64,000 nt of DNA from Gemmatimonadota bacterium (GTDB lineage: Bacteria; Gemmatimonadota; Gemmatimonadetes; Longimicrobiales; Gaopeijiaceae), in NCBI GenBank assembly GCA_039589315.1, contig JBDHHQ010000021.1, positions 32,001 to 96,000 of the forward strand, written 5' to 3'. Positions within the stretch are counted from its first letter, which is position 1. Every line of letters begins with the position of its first letter. The translations under genes were made by a program, and so were the position numbers. The notes under the pieces are model-generated. The model saw only the letters and a list, made by a program, of their open reading frames with translations, made no database searches and was not told the origin of the DNA. Below, piece after piece: positions 25,573 to 35,714 of this stretch.

Positions 25573-28295
25573 CACCCTTGGTGCCGAGCGCTCCGCCGCT
25601 CTGGCTTCGGATTCTGAGCTGGCTGCTTCCGCGGAGGCACCGCGAGCTGGTGCTGGGCGACCTCTACGAGGAGTACACCGAGCTGATCCGGCCACGACGG
25701 GGCGCGGTGCGGAGCCGGATCTGGCTGGTTCGCCAGGCCGTCGCGAGCGCCGGCTCGGGGCTCGCGCACCGAGTCTACGACCTCTTCCGCACCCCTCTCA
25801 GCCAACCCGGACCGGGCGGCCCCAAATCGCCTCGAGGCCAGATGGACATCCTGAATCAAGATCTCAAGTATGCCGTGCGCCGCCTCTTCGGCAGCCCAGG
25901 CTTCACCTTCGTAGCCATCCTGAGCCTGGCACTCGGGATCGGCGCCAACACGGCGCTGTTCACGGTCGTCAACCGGCTCATGCTCGAAGGTGTGGGCCTC
26001 TCCGACCCGGCCACCCTTGTCCAGATCTACACGAGCGAGGAGGACGGCTATCCGTACTCCACGAGCTCATACCCCGACTACTTCGACCTCCGGGAACAGA
26101 ACGAGGTCTTCGAGGACGTAGTGGCTCACGCCATGTTCTTCGCCCAGTCCGAGGTAGACGGCGGAGAGCCCATGCTCTCCATGGGCGAGGTAGTGAGCGG
26201 CAACTACTTCGACGTGCTGGGCATCCGGCCCGCGTTGGGCCGGGGCTTCCTCCCCGAGGAGGACGCGACCCCCGAGACCCACACCGTGGTGGTGATCGGC
26301 TTCGAGTACTGGCAGCGGGTGTTCGCCGGCGATCCGGCGGTGGTGGGTCGGACGCTACGGATCCTACGGCGGCCCTACACGATCGTCGGTGTGGCACCCG
26401 AGGGGTTCGGTGGCATGTGGCCCGGGATCGAGGTCGACATGTGGGTGCCGTCCATGATGACCGACCACGTCAACCGGGCGTTCGGCGGGACCCGGCTCGA
26501 GAATCGCGGGAGCCGTTCGCTCTTCCTGACCGCGAGGCTGGCAGCGGGCGTGACGCCGGACCAGGCAGCGGAGTACGTCGCGACCTTCTCCCGGGGCCTC
26601 GAGGGAGCCTACGCGGACACCAACGACGGCCGGATCATGACGGCCCTTCCAGCCGAGGACGTGGCCCTCCACCCATTCGTGGACCGGGCGCTCCTGCCCG
26701 TGGCGGGCCTCCTCTTCGCCGTCGTGGGGCTGGTCCTGTTGATCGCGTGCACCAACCTGGCCAGCTTCCTGCTGGCTCGCGGCGCGGACCGGAAGAAGGA
26801 GATCGCGGTGCGGCTGGCCCTGGGCGCGAGACGGTGGACGCTGATCCGGCAGCTCATGACCGAGACGGTCGTGTTGGCTGTGCTCGGCGGTTTGGGCGGC
26901 CTGCTGCTGGCCCAGTGGACGCTCTCGCTGGTGGTGGGCTTCCAGCCGCCCATTCCGATCCCGATCAACCTGGATCTCAGCCCGGACGGAACGGTGCTCT
27001 GGTTCACGCTGTTGATCGCCGTCGCCGCCGGCATGCTGTTCGGCCTGGTGCCGGCGCTGCAATCCACCAGGCCCGACGTGGCGCCTACCCTGAGGGACGA
27101 GTCCGGTGCGGTGGCTGGCGGCCGTTCCCGGTGGAGCCTCCGGAACGGCCTGGTCGTGGCGCAGGTGGGCTTGTCTTTCGTGCTGCTCATCGGAGCGGGA
27201 CTGTTCGTCCGCAGCTTGCAAAAGGCCCAATCCATCGACCCCGGCTTCGACACGAGCGCCGCTGCCATGGTGTGGCCCAACATGGAGATGAGCTACATCA
27301 CCGAGGAGGAGGGGGCCGTTCTGTGGGAGGAGCTGGTCCAACGAGCCGCAGCGCTGCCCGGTGTAACAGGCGTGACGCTGGCCGACCGCATCCCCCTCGG
27401 CTTCGCGGTGCAGACCACGAACCTGCTCCCGGACGGAGTCGCGCCACCCGAGGACCTGGACGCCTTCGCGGTAGATCACGCGGTCATCGACGAGCACTAC
27501 TTCGAGGTCATGGCCGTGCCAGTCGTGGCGGGTCGCGGGTTCGCACCCACCGACGTAGCCGAAAACGAGCCCGTTGTGGTCGTGAGCGCGGCCTTCGCCC
27601 GTCGGTTCTGGCCCGGAGAAGCGGCTCTCGGCAGGACCCTGAGTCGCCGGGATCGAGAGTACCGGGTGGTGGGCGTGGCGCGGGATACGAAGGTACGGAC
27701 CCTGGGCGAGTCGCCCCGGCCCTACGTGTACTTCGCACACCGGCAGAACTACAGTCCGGTCCTCAACATCGTCGTTCACGGCATCCTCCCCGAACCCGAG
27801 CTCCTCGGGCAGCTGCAGACCATGGTGCGGGAGACCCGCTCGGATCTGGTGGTGCTCAGTGCGTCGACCATGAGGGAGCACCTGGCGCTTCCGCTCTACG
27901 CCCCGCGCATGGCCGCCATGCTGCTGGGGGTCTTCGGTGGTCTGGCTCTCGTGCTGTCGGGAATCGGTCTGTATGGCGTCGTCAGCTACTCGGTGGCGCG
28001 GCGGACCCGTGAGGTGGGCATTCGGATGTCGCTCGGAGCCGACGCACGCAAGGTGGTTGGCATGGTGGTCGCCGGCGGCATGCGACTCGTCGCCGTAGGT
28101 GGGATTCTCGGCCTGATTCTGTCGGCGACGGTAACCTGGCTCCTGTCTCGCTTCCTCTACGGCATCAGCACGACGGACGTCGCCACCTTCGTGGCCATCC
28201 CGCTGGTCCTGACCGCAGTGGCCATGGTGGCGGCGTTCATCCCCGCCCGACGCGCGAGCCGGGTGAATCCGGTGGAGGCGCTCCGGACGGAGTGA
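25569..28295 (+). CDS. duplicated FtsX/MacB-type orphan ABC permease (ADOP family)
   Basis: GTGA overlap with padR; GDL.EE prefix domain, QDLKYAVR..PGFT, LGIGANTA, ACTNLA, E..(V/I)R.(A/S)LGA twice, PARRASRVNPVEALR; no ATPase gene nearby. Confidence 0.93.
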   Translation: MTPLVPSAPPLWLRILSWLLPRRHRELVLGDLYEEYTELIRPRRGAVRSRIWLVRQAVASAGSGLAHRVYDLFRTPLSQPGPGGPKSPRGQMDILNQDLKYAVRRLFGSPGFTFVAILSLALGIGANTALFTVVNRLMLEGVGLSDPATLVQIYTSEEDGYPYSTSSYPDYFDLREQNEVFEDVVAHAMFFAQSEVDGGEPMLSMGEVVSGNYFDVLGIRPALGRGFLPEEDATPETHTVVVIGFEYWQRVFAGDPAVVGRTLRILRRPYTIVGVAPEGFGGMWPGIEVDMWVPSMMTDHVNRAFGGTRLENRGSRSLFLTARLAAGVTPDQAAEYVATFSRGLEGAYADTNDGRIMTALPAEDVALHPFVDRALLPVAGLLFAVVGLVLLIACTNLASFLLARGADRKKEIAVRLALGARRWTLIRQLMTETVVLAVLGGLGGLLLAQWTLSLVVGFQPPIPIPINLDLSPDGTVLWFTLLIAVAAGMLFGLVPALQSTRPDVAPTLRDESGAVAGGRSRWSLRNGLVVAQVGLSFVLLIGAGLFVRSLQKAQSIDPGFDTSAAAMVWPNMEMSYITEEEGAVLWEELVQRAAALPGVTGVTLADRIPLGFAVQTTNLLPDGVAPPEDLDAFAVDHAVIDEHYFEVMAVPVVAGRGFAPTDVAENEPVVVVSAAFARRFWPGEAALGRTLSRRDREYRVVGVARDTKVRTLGESPRPYVYFAHRQNYSPVLNIVVHGILPEPELLGQLQTMVRETRSDLVVLSASTMREHLALPLYAPRMAAMLLGVFGGLALVLSGIGLYGVVSYSVARRTREVGIRMSLGADARKVVGMVVAGGMRLVAVGGILGLILSATVTWLLSRFLYGISTTDVATFVAIPLVLTAVAMVAAFIPARRASRVNPVEALRTE

Positions 28296-28388
28296 TTCGG
28301 GGGAGCCGGGGGGCCGCGTGGCACGGCCCCCCGGCCGGAGCGTCCAGGCTGTCGCGCCGTGAGGTCGAACGTTCGGGGACGCCTCGAC

Positions 28389-28922
28389 TCAGGCCATGCC
28401 CAGGAGCCGGGCGAAGATGGCGGCGATCCCCGCCATGAAGAGGGCTCCGACGAAGACGGCGGCCCAGCCCAGTCCCACGGTGGCAATGGCCTTGCCGGTG
28501 GAGAAGTCCAGGGCCTGGCGGACGGCGATCACACCGGCGATCAGCACCCAGATGCCCACGATGCCCCTGAGGAGGCCGTCGGGCACGAAGGGTACGATAC
28601 CCAGGAAGAGCAGGACGTTGGGAGCCTGGGCGAAGCCCAGCGTGCGCAGGAGCTCTCCCCAATCAGCGGTTCCTTCGAACAGCCTCGAACCCACCAGATA
28701 GGTGATACCTGCCCAGATTCCCCAGCCGACCAGCACCCACCCGGATTGAAAGACGGCCTCGAACAGGCCGACGTCGCTGGCGCCGATCCCGGAGGCCACA
28801 GCCCCCAGGAACACCACCAGGCCGGCCTGACCCGTCGCCGTCTGGTCGTGCTCGACTTCCTCATACGTTTGGATGTCGAGCATCGCCGCGCCCTTCATCC
28901 GGTCGATCAATCCCTGTGCCAT
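28389..28922 (-). CDS. Yip1 domain membrane protein
   Basis: YEEVEHD..AT.QA, LLRTLGFAQAP and AVRQALDFST.KA motifs; RBS GGAGG. Confidence 0.85.
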   Translation of the reverse strand: MAQGLIDRMKGAAMLDIQTYEEVEHDQTATGQAGLVVFLGAVASGIGASDVGLFEAVFQSGWVLVGWGIWAGITYLVGSRLFEGTADWGELLRTLGFAQAPNVLLFLGIVPFVPDGLLRGIVGIWVLIAGVIAVRQALDFSTGKAIATVGLGWAAVFVGALFMAGIAAIFARLLGMA

Positions 28923-28971
28923 CGGTGCCTCCCAGGAGGTGGGTTCGGAGATCCGCTCATCGGGTCGTGCG

Positions 28972-29838
28972 TCAGCGCAGCCCCGTGTCACGCATCCATG
29001 CGTCTATCACGGACCCAATGTCCGCCGGCGGTTCGGAGCCGTCGGCGTCTCGTCGAGCGGCGTCCGTGATCACATGATACGTGAATGGCCTTCCAGGCGC
29101 CCGTAGCGCGTCGATGAGGGCCATCGTCTCCGCGGGGGCGCCCGGGCCCCATTCGCCCAACAACCAGAGCGCCGGAACGTCCAGCTCGGCCAGCTCCGAC
29201 TCCGCGACGTCTCCGCCTTCGGGGACGATAGGAGTGCCGACCATCACCACGAACGCGAGGTCGTCGGAGCGGGACGCGGCTTGCGACGCGACGGAGCCCC
29301 CCTCGCTCAGATCCAGGATTCCCAGGCGGGTCCAGCGAACGTCGGATTGCGCCCGGAGGAAGCCCAGCGCCGCCAGCGCGTTGTCGGTGAGCGTGGCGGT
29401 TGCGCGGTCACTCATGGCCGAGCCGCCGCCCTGATCCAGGACCGTCAGCGCCACGATACCGGCCCGGGCCAGAGCATCGCCGAGATCCCCGAGGTGGCTG
29501 GCGGCCTGCCCGGCGGTGGCCCCGACCACCGCCACGGCCGGGTGGGGTCCCGGTTCCGGAGGTACGTGCAGCACCCCGTCGAGTGGCGTGACCCCTCTGG
29601 CGAACGTCACCTCCTCGACCCGGGGGGGCAGCGGCGCCTGCGGTTCCAGGGTCGCTTCGCTGGACGCAGCGGGCTCATCGGGCAGGAAGATCCACAGGAA
29701 CACGACCGGGATGGCTGCAACGGCCGCCACCACTCCGACCAGGATCAGCCCACCTTTGAGAAGGCTCCCCAGCTTCCGGAGGAAGGGAGGTCCCCTGCGG
29801 GTGCGCTTCCGGTCCATGGGTGAGCGCGGTATGTCCAT
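28972..29838 (-). CDS. membrane-anchored alpha/beta-hydrolase-fold protein, apparently degenerate
   Basis: N-terminal TM; L.G.L..P...GPHPAV, LARAGI, ALGFLRAQ.DV; nucleophile elbow reads DLSEGG. Confidence 0.6.
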   Translation of the reverse strand: MDIPRSPMDRKRTRRGPPFLRKLGSLLKGGLILVGVVAAVAAIPVVFLWIFLPDEPAASSEATLEPQAPLPPRVEEVTFARGVTPLDGVLHVPPEPGPHPAVAVVGATAGQAASHLGDLGDALARAGIVALTVLDQGGGSAMSDRATATLTDNALAALGFLRAQSDVRWTRLGILDLSEGGSVASQAASRSDDLAFVVMVGTPIVPEGGDVAESELAELDVPALWLLGEWGPGAPAETMALIDALRAPGRPFTYHVITDAARRDADGSEPPADIGSVIDAWMRDTGLR

Positions 29839-29892
29839 TCCCAGCCTCTCCTCCGCGACGCCGGCAGTGACTGACGAGGCCCTCCGGCCAGG

Positions 29893-30267
29893 CTACTCCA
29901 CCTGCCCGATCAGGCTCGATATGCGCTCCGGTCCGAGCCCCAACCGGCTTCCCACCCGGATCAGCAGGATCTTCTCGTCGCGGTGCAGGGCGCGGTCAGC
30001 GATGGAGACGCACGCCGCCGCCCGCATGATCGCCTCCCGCTCCCCCTCGTCGAAGGCCTGGGCGGCTGTGACCAGAAGCTCGTCGAGGTCCGGCTGCTCG
30101 GCCTCGATGGCATCCATCTCCTGGTCGATGGCCGCCCGAGTCAACGGTGCGCCGAACAGGCGCTGATGGACATCCGACATCATCTCGATCTCGGATGTGA
30201 GAACCCGGCGGTCGGCCATCATCATCAACACCATCACGCGGCGCACGGTGGCGGAGAGGTCAGTCAT
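29893..30267 (-). CDS. TerB family tellurite-resistance-like protein
   Basis: Duplicated AD.....E motif (MADRRVLTSE, IADRALHRDE) and LGL near the C-terminus. Confidence 0.75.
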   Translation of the reverse strand: MTDLSATVRRVMVLMMMADRRVLTSEIEMMSDVHQRLFGAPLTRAAIDQEMDAIEAEQPDLDELLVTAAQAFDEGEREAIMRAAACVSIADRALHRDEKILLIRVGSRLGLGPERISSLIGQVE

Positions 30268-30462
30268 GATACGCGGGTTCGAAGGAGGTCCGATGCTCCG
30301 CCAGTCTAACGGTTGCTCGCGGAGGGCCATCAGCCACAGGTTTACCGTTCGCCCATCAACATGGACCCGGCTACGGACCTGGCAAAGCTCGAAGGAGAGT
30401 CGTTGCTCGACGAAAGAGGGGAGGGCAGGACCCTGCCGGGCCCCCATCGAAGACGAACGAGC

Positions 30463-32682
30463 GTGCCAAGGCTCCTGGCCGTGCTGGTCCTGGCGGCCGC
30501 CGCGCCACTCGGTGCTCAGGACCTGAAGGAGAGGGCCGCGGCCTCCTCCGTTCGAGCCACGCGGCCGCAGGTCATCGCGACGGCGACGACGTCGGAGGTC
30601 CGAATCGATGGGCGTCTCGACGAGCCCGTGTGGCAGGCGGCCCCTTCGGCCACCGATTTCGTCCAGGCTGAGCCCAGGGAAGGTCAGCCGGCCACCGAGG
30701 CGACGGAGGTCTGGATCGCCTACGACGAGGACAACCTGTACGTAGCGGTCAGGCTGCGCGACTCCGATCCGTCCGGCATCGTCGTCAACGACATCAAGAA
30801 GGACTTCGCGGAGGGCAGCCAGGACGTCTTCACGGTCATTCTCGACACCTTTCAGGACCGCAGGAACGGGTACGTCTTCATGACCAACCCGGGCGGCGCA
30901 CGGGGCGATCGGCAGATCGCCGGCGAGGGTCGGGAGGTGAACGGAAGCTGGGACGCCATCTGGCTCGTGGAGACGCAGATCGACGACGCGGGCTGGACTG
31001 TGGAGATGGCCATCCCGTTCCGGACCCTGCGCTTCGACCCGGAGCGGGCGGGCACCTGGGGGATAAACTTCAGCCGCTACATCCGGCGCAAGAACGAGCA
31101 GGTCTACTGGGCACCCGTGCCGCGCTCGTACAACATCATGCGCCTGTCGCTCGCGGGCGACCTCACCGGGCTACCGCAGGCGTCGGCCGGCCGTGATTTG
31201 CGCCTCACGCCCTACGCGCTGGGCCGGACCGTTCGGGAGACCGGTGGCGAGTCCTTCGACAACGACGCGGAGCTCGGGGGCGACCTGAAATACGGGATCA
31301 CCGATGGGCTCACGCTCGATCTCACGGTCAATCCGGACTTCGCCCAGGTGGAGGCCGACGTTCAGCGCGTGAACCTGACCCAGTTCTCTCTCTTCTTCCA
31401 GGAGAAGCGGGATTTCTTCCTGGAGAATTCCGGTATCTTCTACGTGGGAGACCTGGCGCGGAACGTGAGGGTCAGCAACATCCCCCGGGCCGACGAGGAC
31501 CTCGTGGTCTTCTTCAGCCGCCGCATCGGCATCGGCTCGGAGGGGGAGCAGATTCCCATCTACGGCGGTGCTCGGATCACGGGCCGCGTGCCGGGAGGCG
31601 TGAGCCTCGGAGCCCTGTGGATGCGGACGCACGAGCTCGACGAGAACCCCGAGTCGGACTACGGCGTGGTCCGCCTGCGGAAGAACCTGTTCGCCGGGTC
31701 GGACATCGGCGGGATCTTCCTGGTGCGGAACTCGGTGAACCGTGCCGAGGACCACAACATGGTGTACGGTCTCGACTCCTACATCCGCTTCCCGGGTGAC
31801 GTGGACTGGAGCGCCTATGGCCTGTTCACCGAGACCCCGAGCATCAGCGCGGGAGAGTACGTCTGGCGGACCTCCCTGAACCGGGAGGGCAACTTCCATC
31901 ACATCAAGTTCGGCGTCATGCAGATCGGCGAGGGCTTCAATTCCGATCTCAGCTTCTACCGGCGGGTTGGCGTCAGGAAGTACTTCATCGATTGGGGGAT
32001 TCGCCCACGCCCGGAGTCGCTCCGCCGCCGGGGCATCCGCGAGATGCACCCGCATATCGTCTGGAATTACTTCGAGGATCTGGCCGGGCGGAAGGAGGCC
32101 TACCGGCTCCACACGGGCTACACCTTCTTCTTCGAGTCGGGCGCTTTCGCGGAGCTATCGGTCAATCCCGTGTTCGAGCGGCTCGAGGACGAGTTCGAGA
32201 TCGATCCGGGGGCCGCGCCGATTCAGCCCGGCGAGTACGGGTGGGCGGAGTGGCAGCTCCGCGGCAACACGGACTCGAGCAAGCCCCTGTCCTTGAGCGC
32301 CGTCGGGATCCTGGGCGGGCTCTGGTCGGGGGACCAGCGCACCCTGAACGCCACGGTGGCCGCGAAGCCCAACTATCACTTCCGCGGGGAAGTGGGCATC
32401 TCCCGGACCGACGCGTCCCTGCCCGAAGGCGACTTCGTGAAGACGTTCTGGACCGGCCGGGTCAACTACTCGTTCCACAAGGACATGTTCATCGACGCCC
32501 TGGTCCAGTACGATCCAGGCAGCGGCCTCTTCAACTCCAACCTTCGCTTCAACTTCATCCACCACCCCCTGTCCAACCTGTACATCGTCTGGAACGAGCA
32601 GCGTTTCACCACCGGGATCGACCGCAACCTGAATCCAGGCCGCAGCCTGATCATCAAGGTCACGCAGATGTTCGCCTTCTAG
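30463..32682 (+). CDS. CBM9-like/DUF5916 outer-membrane protein
   Basis: IDGRLDE..W, WTVEMAIPF..LRF, TVNPDFAQVEAD, EKRDFFLE, FFSRRIG; terminal Phe. Confidence 0.9.
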   Translation: MPRLLAVLVLAAAAPLGAQDLKERAAASSVRATRPQVIATATTSEVRIDGRLDEPVWQAAPSATDFVQAEPREGQPATEATEVWIAYDEDNLYVAVRLRDSDPSGIVVNDIKKDFAEGSQDVFTVILDTFQDRRNGYVFMTNPGGARGDRQIAGEGREVNGSWDAIWLVETQIDDAGWTVEMAIPFRTLRFDPERAGTWGINFSRYIRRKNEQVYWAPVPRSYNIMRLSLAGDLTGLPQASAGRDLRLTPYALGRTVRETGGESFDNDAELGGDLKYGITDGLTLDLTVNPDFAQVEADVQRVNLTQFSLFFQEKRDFFLENSGIFYVGDLARNVRVSNIPRADEDLVVFFSRRIGIGSEGEQIPIYGGARITGRVPGGVSLGALWMRTHELDENPESDYGVVRLRKNLFAGSDIGGIFLVRNSVNRAEDHNMVYGLDSYIRFPGDVDWSAYGLFTETPSISAGEYVWRTSLNREGNFHHIKFGVMQIGEGFNSDLSFYRRVGVRKYFIDWGIRPRPESLRRRGIREMHPHIVWNYFEDLAGRKEAYRLHTGYTFFFESGAFAELSVNPVFERLEDEFEIDPGAAPIQPGEYGWAEWQLRGNTDSSKPLSLSAVGILGGLWSGDQRTLNATVAAKPNYHFRGEVGISRTDASLPEGDFVKTFWTGRVNYSFHKDMFIDALVQYDPGSGLFNSNLRFNFIHHPLSNLYIVWNEQRFTTGIDRNLNPGRSLIIKVTQMFAF

Positions 32683-32806
32683 TTGGAGTCACGCTCAGCG
32701 GGGTGCCTCGGCGCTGGATTGTCGCGGTGGGTCATGAGGCGTCGAACCAGGGCTGTCCGGAGGCGCGCGCCTGGCCGCGCGCCCCCCCACACTTCATCTT
32801 GAGCAC

Positions 32807-35410
32807 ATGGACGACCTCCAGAGCCGTCTGCAGCACGCTCTCGGGGACCGGTACCGGATCGAGAGGGAGCTCGGCCGCGGTGGGACGGGGATCGTCTTTC
32901 TCGCCGCTGACACGAAGCACGATCGACACGTCGCGCTCAAGGTCCTGAGCCCCGAGATCGGCCAGTCCGTGGGAAGCGAGCGCTTCCTGCGGGAGATCCG
33001 TATCTCCGCGCAGCTGACCCACCCGAACATCCTCACCCTCATCGACTCGGGCGAGGCGGAGGGTCTGCTCTACTACGTGATGCCGTACGTGGCCGGCGAG
33101 TCGGTGCGGGACCGCCTGGACCGGGAGAGACAGCTCCCCATCGGTGACGCGCTCCGCATCACGCGGGAGGTAGCCGGCGCGCTGGACCACGCCCACTCCG
33201 CCGGGGTGATCCATCGGGACATCAAACCCGAGAACATCCTTCTGGAGTCGGGTCACGCGCTCGTCTGCGACTTCGGCATCGCCACGGCCATAGACCAAGC
33301 CGGCGAAGAGCGACTCACCAAGACCGGCTTCGCCATCGGCACGCCGGCCTACATGAGTCCGGAGCAGGCAACTGGGGCCGCGATGGACGCCCGCTCGGAC
33401 CTCTACAGTCTGGCCTGCGTTCTCTACGAGATGCTCGTCGGTTCGGTACCCCACGCCGGCGCCACGCCTCAAGCCGTGCTGGCCCGAAAGGCGGCCGAGC
33501 CGGCGCCAAGTGCCCAAGTTGTGCGGGATACCGTGCCCAGGCACGTCGAAGAGGCCCTGAAGCGGGCCCTGGCACGCGTGCCAGCAGATCGTTTTGCAAC
33601 CGCCGAGGGCTTCTCCGAAGCTCTCGCTGACGCGAGCTTCACCACCGGCCGGTCGGCCTCGACGCCGGGGAGTCGCCGCGCTCTGCAATTGGCCCTGGGT
33701 GCCGCCACTCTGGTGATCGCCGGAGGAGCCTGGCTGGCCTTCGGGGGCAGAGGAGGAAGCGCCCCCACGCCGTTGAGGACCACCTTCGGTCAGCTGACCG
33801 CTCAACCCGGAGTCGAGGATTCTCCGAGCCTATCGCCCGACGGCATGTGGGTCGTGTACGCCGGGGACGAGGAGGGGGATCGCGACATCTTCCTCCGCAG
33901 CGTGGGGGGCCAGCTTCCCATCAACCTCACGGAAGACTCACCGGACGACGACCACTCTCCCGCCTTCTCGCCCGAAGGGGAGCGCATCGCCTTCCGGTCC
34001 AGCCGGCAGGGCGGCGGGCTCTTCGTGATGGGACGCACCGGAGAGGCCGTCCGGCGCGTGTCGGCCGCCGGCTTCAACCCCGTGTGGTCGCCGGACGGGG
34101 CCCGGCTGGCCTATGCCACGGAGCACGTGGGCCTGTTGCCGCTCAACTGGGAGGGCCGGAGCGAGCTCTGGACCGTCTCCGTGGACGACGGCCAGCTACG
34201 CCTGATCGACGGCGGCGACGCGGTGCAGCCCACCTGGTCGCCCAACGGACGGTGGATCGCCTACACCGCCCGCATGTCGGACCGCACCGAGATGGACATC
34301 TGGGTCATTCCGGCCGATGGCGGAGAGCCCACCGCGGTCACGTCCGACGTGCCCACCGACTGGAGTCCCACCTGGTCGCCGGACGGAGAGTACATCTACT
34401 TCTCCAGCGACCGGGGGGGCAGCATGAACCTCTGGCGCGTCCCCATGGACGTGGACGGCGGCCGGCCCAGCGGTGATCCCGAGCCCGTGACCACGCCAGC
34501 GTCATTCGTGGCTCATCCCAGCGTTTCGGCAGACGGCCTGAGCGTGGCGTACAGCTCGGTGCTGATGACGCAGAACATCGAGAAAGCCACGCTCGACCTC
34601 GACGAGGGCACGCTGGTGGATCCGATCCCGCTCACCACGGGCTCCCGGCAGTGGTCGTCCCCCGACCCGTCGCCCGACGGTGCCTGGGTCGCGTTCTACT
34701 CCCGGGACCTGCCCGAAGGAGATCTCTACCTCATTCGCGGAGACGGGTCGGGGCTTCGCCAGGTGACCGGCGACTCGGCGTTGGACCGGATGCCCCGCTG
34801 GTCACCGGAAGGCGACCGCGTCCTGTTTTTCTCGAACCGGAGCGGGCGCCTGCAGCTCTGGTCGATCCGCTCCGACGGGAGCGCCCTGGAGCAGGTTACG
34901 GACGGTTCCGGTGCCGGGATCGCGGTGTGGTCACCGGATTCCCGGATCGCCGCGAACGGCTTGGGAGCACGGACCGACCGAGTCGTGGAGATCTTCGACG
35001 CGCGGACGCCCTATGGCGAGCAGACGCCTCTGACCCTCCCCCCGCCGGATTCCACCATCGGAGAGTTCATCGTCAACGACTGGTCGCACGACGGAGAGAG
35101 GCTCGCGGGAATGGTCGGCCTCTCCGACGACGGCGTCATCGTGTACGATCTCACGACGGGTGCGTACGAGCGCATCACCGACTTCGGCCAGTGGCCGGTT
35201 TGGCTGGCGGACGATCGCAGTCTGCTGTTCGTGACGGGTGGCAACGCCTTCCACGTGGTCGACACTCGGTCGGGGGCCGTCAGGCGTGTTCACTTCGCGC
35301 TACGCGACGTCGTCGGTCCGCCCCGAGTGACCCGCGACGGCCGCACGCTGGTCTATTCGCGGCGCGTCACCGAAGGCGATGTCTGGCTGGTCTCCCTCGA
35401 GCAGCCCTGA
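32807..35410 (+). CDS. Hanks-type Ser/Thr protein kinase with TM helix and PD40/TolB-like beta-propeller
   Basis: GRGG, VALKVL, HRDIKPEN, DFG and GTPAYMSPE motifs; many P.WSPDG repeats. Confidence 0.95.
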   Translation: MDDLQSRLQHALGDRYRIERELGRGGTGIVFLAADTKHDRHVALKVLSPEIGQSVGSERFLREIRISAQLTHPNILTLIDSGEAEGLLYYVMPYVAGESVRDRLDRERQLPIGDALRITREVAGALDHAHSAGVIHRDIKPENILLESGHALVCDFGIATAIDQAGEERLTKTGFAIGTPAYMSPEQATGAAMDARSDLYSLACVLYEMLVGSVPHAGATPQAVLARKAAEPAPSAQVVRDTVPRHVEEALKRALARVPADRFATAEGFSEALADASFTTGRSASTPGSRRALQLALGAATLVIAGGAWLAFGGRGGSAPTPLRTTFGQLTAQPGVEDSPSLSPDGMWVVYAGDEEGDRDIFLRSVGGQLPINLTEDSPDDDHSPAFSPEGERIAFRSSRQGGGLFVMGRTGEAVRRVSAAGFNPVWSPDGARLAYATEHVGLLPLNWEGRSELWTVSVDDGQLRLIDGGDAVQPTWSPNGRWIAYTARMSDRTEMDIWVIPADGGEPTAVTSDVPTDWSPTWSPDGEYIYFSSDRGGSMNLWRVPMDVDGGRPSGDPEPVTTPASFVAHPSVSADGLSVAYSSVLMTQNIEKATLDLDEGTLVDPIPLTTGSRQWSSPDPSPDGAWVAFYSRDLPEGDLYLIRGDGSGLRQVTGDSALDRMPRWSPEGDRVLFFSNRSGRLQLWSIRSDGSALEQVTDGSGAGIAVWSPDSRIAANGLGARTDRVVEIFDARTPYGEQTPLTLPPPDSTIGEFIVNDWSHDGERLAGMVGLSDDGVIVYDLTTGAYERITDFGQWPVWLADDRSLLFVTGGNAFHVVDTRSGAVRRVHFALRDVVGPPRVTRDGRTLVYSRRVTEGDVWLVSLEQP

Positions 35411-35550
35411 AACGGCCGCCGCCGGCCGGCTCGACCACCCAGCCTGGGCGCGCCACCCCGGGGCACGAGCCTCACGTCCGCCCAACCTCGGTCCGTGGGG
35501 CCGGCCTCACCTGTGCGCGGACCGGCCTCCCCTCCGCTTCACCCCGGTCG

Positions 35551-35581
35551 GGAACAATGGAACAATCGGGAACACGGGAAC
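35551..35581 (+). repeat. four tandem GGAAC motifs in intergenic DNA
   Basis: ggaacaat ggaacaatcg ggaacacg ggaac, upstream of the 35715 gene. Confidence 0.55.
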
Positions 35582-35714
35582 GCCTACGCCACTCGAACAG
35601 TTGGACCCATGACCGGCGGGGGCCGACCCCTCATCACGACGCGACGCCTTCGGGTCGCGTCCCCGGCCGGGGATCCCCAGGCGGGGGCTGAATGCGACTG
35701 TGAAAGGTAGAGCG

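Noticed and set aside
33800..35100. Recurrent tggtcgccggacgg-like DNA repeats as a possible CRISPR or repeat array
   Set aside because: They encode WSPDG PD40 protein repeats within the kinase ORF and are irregular and degenerate.
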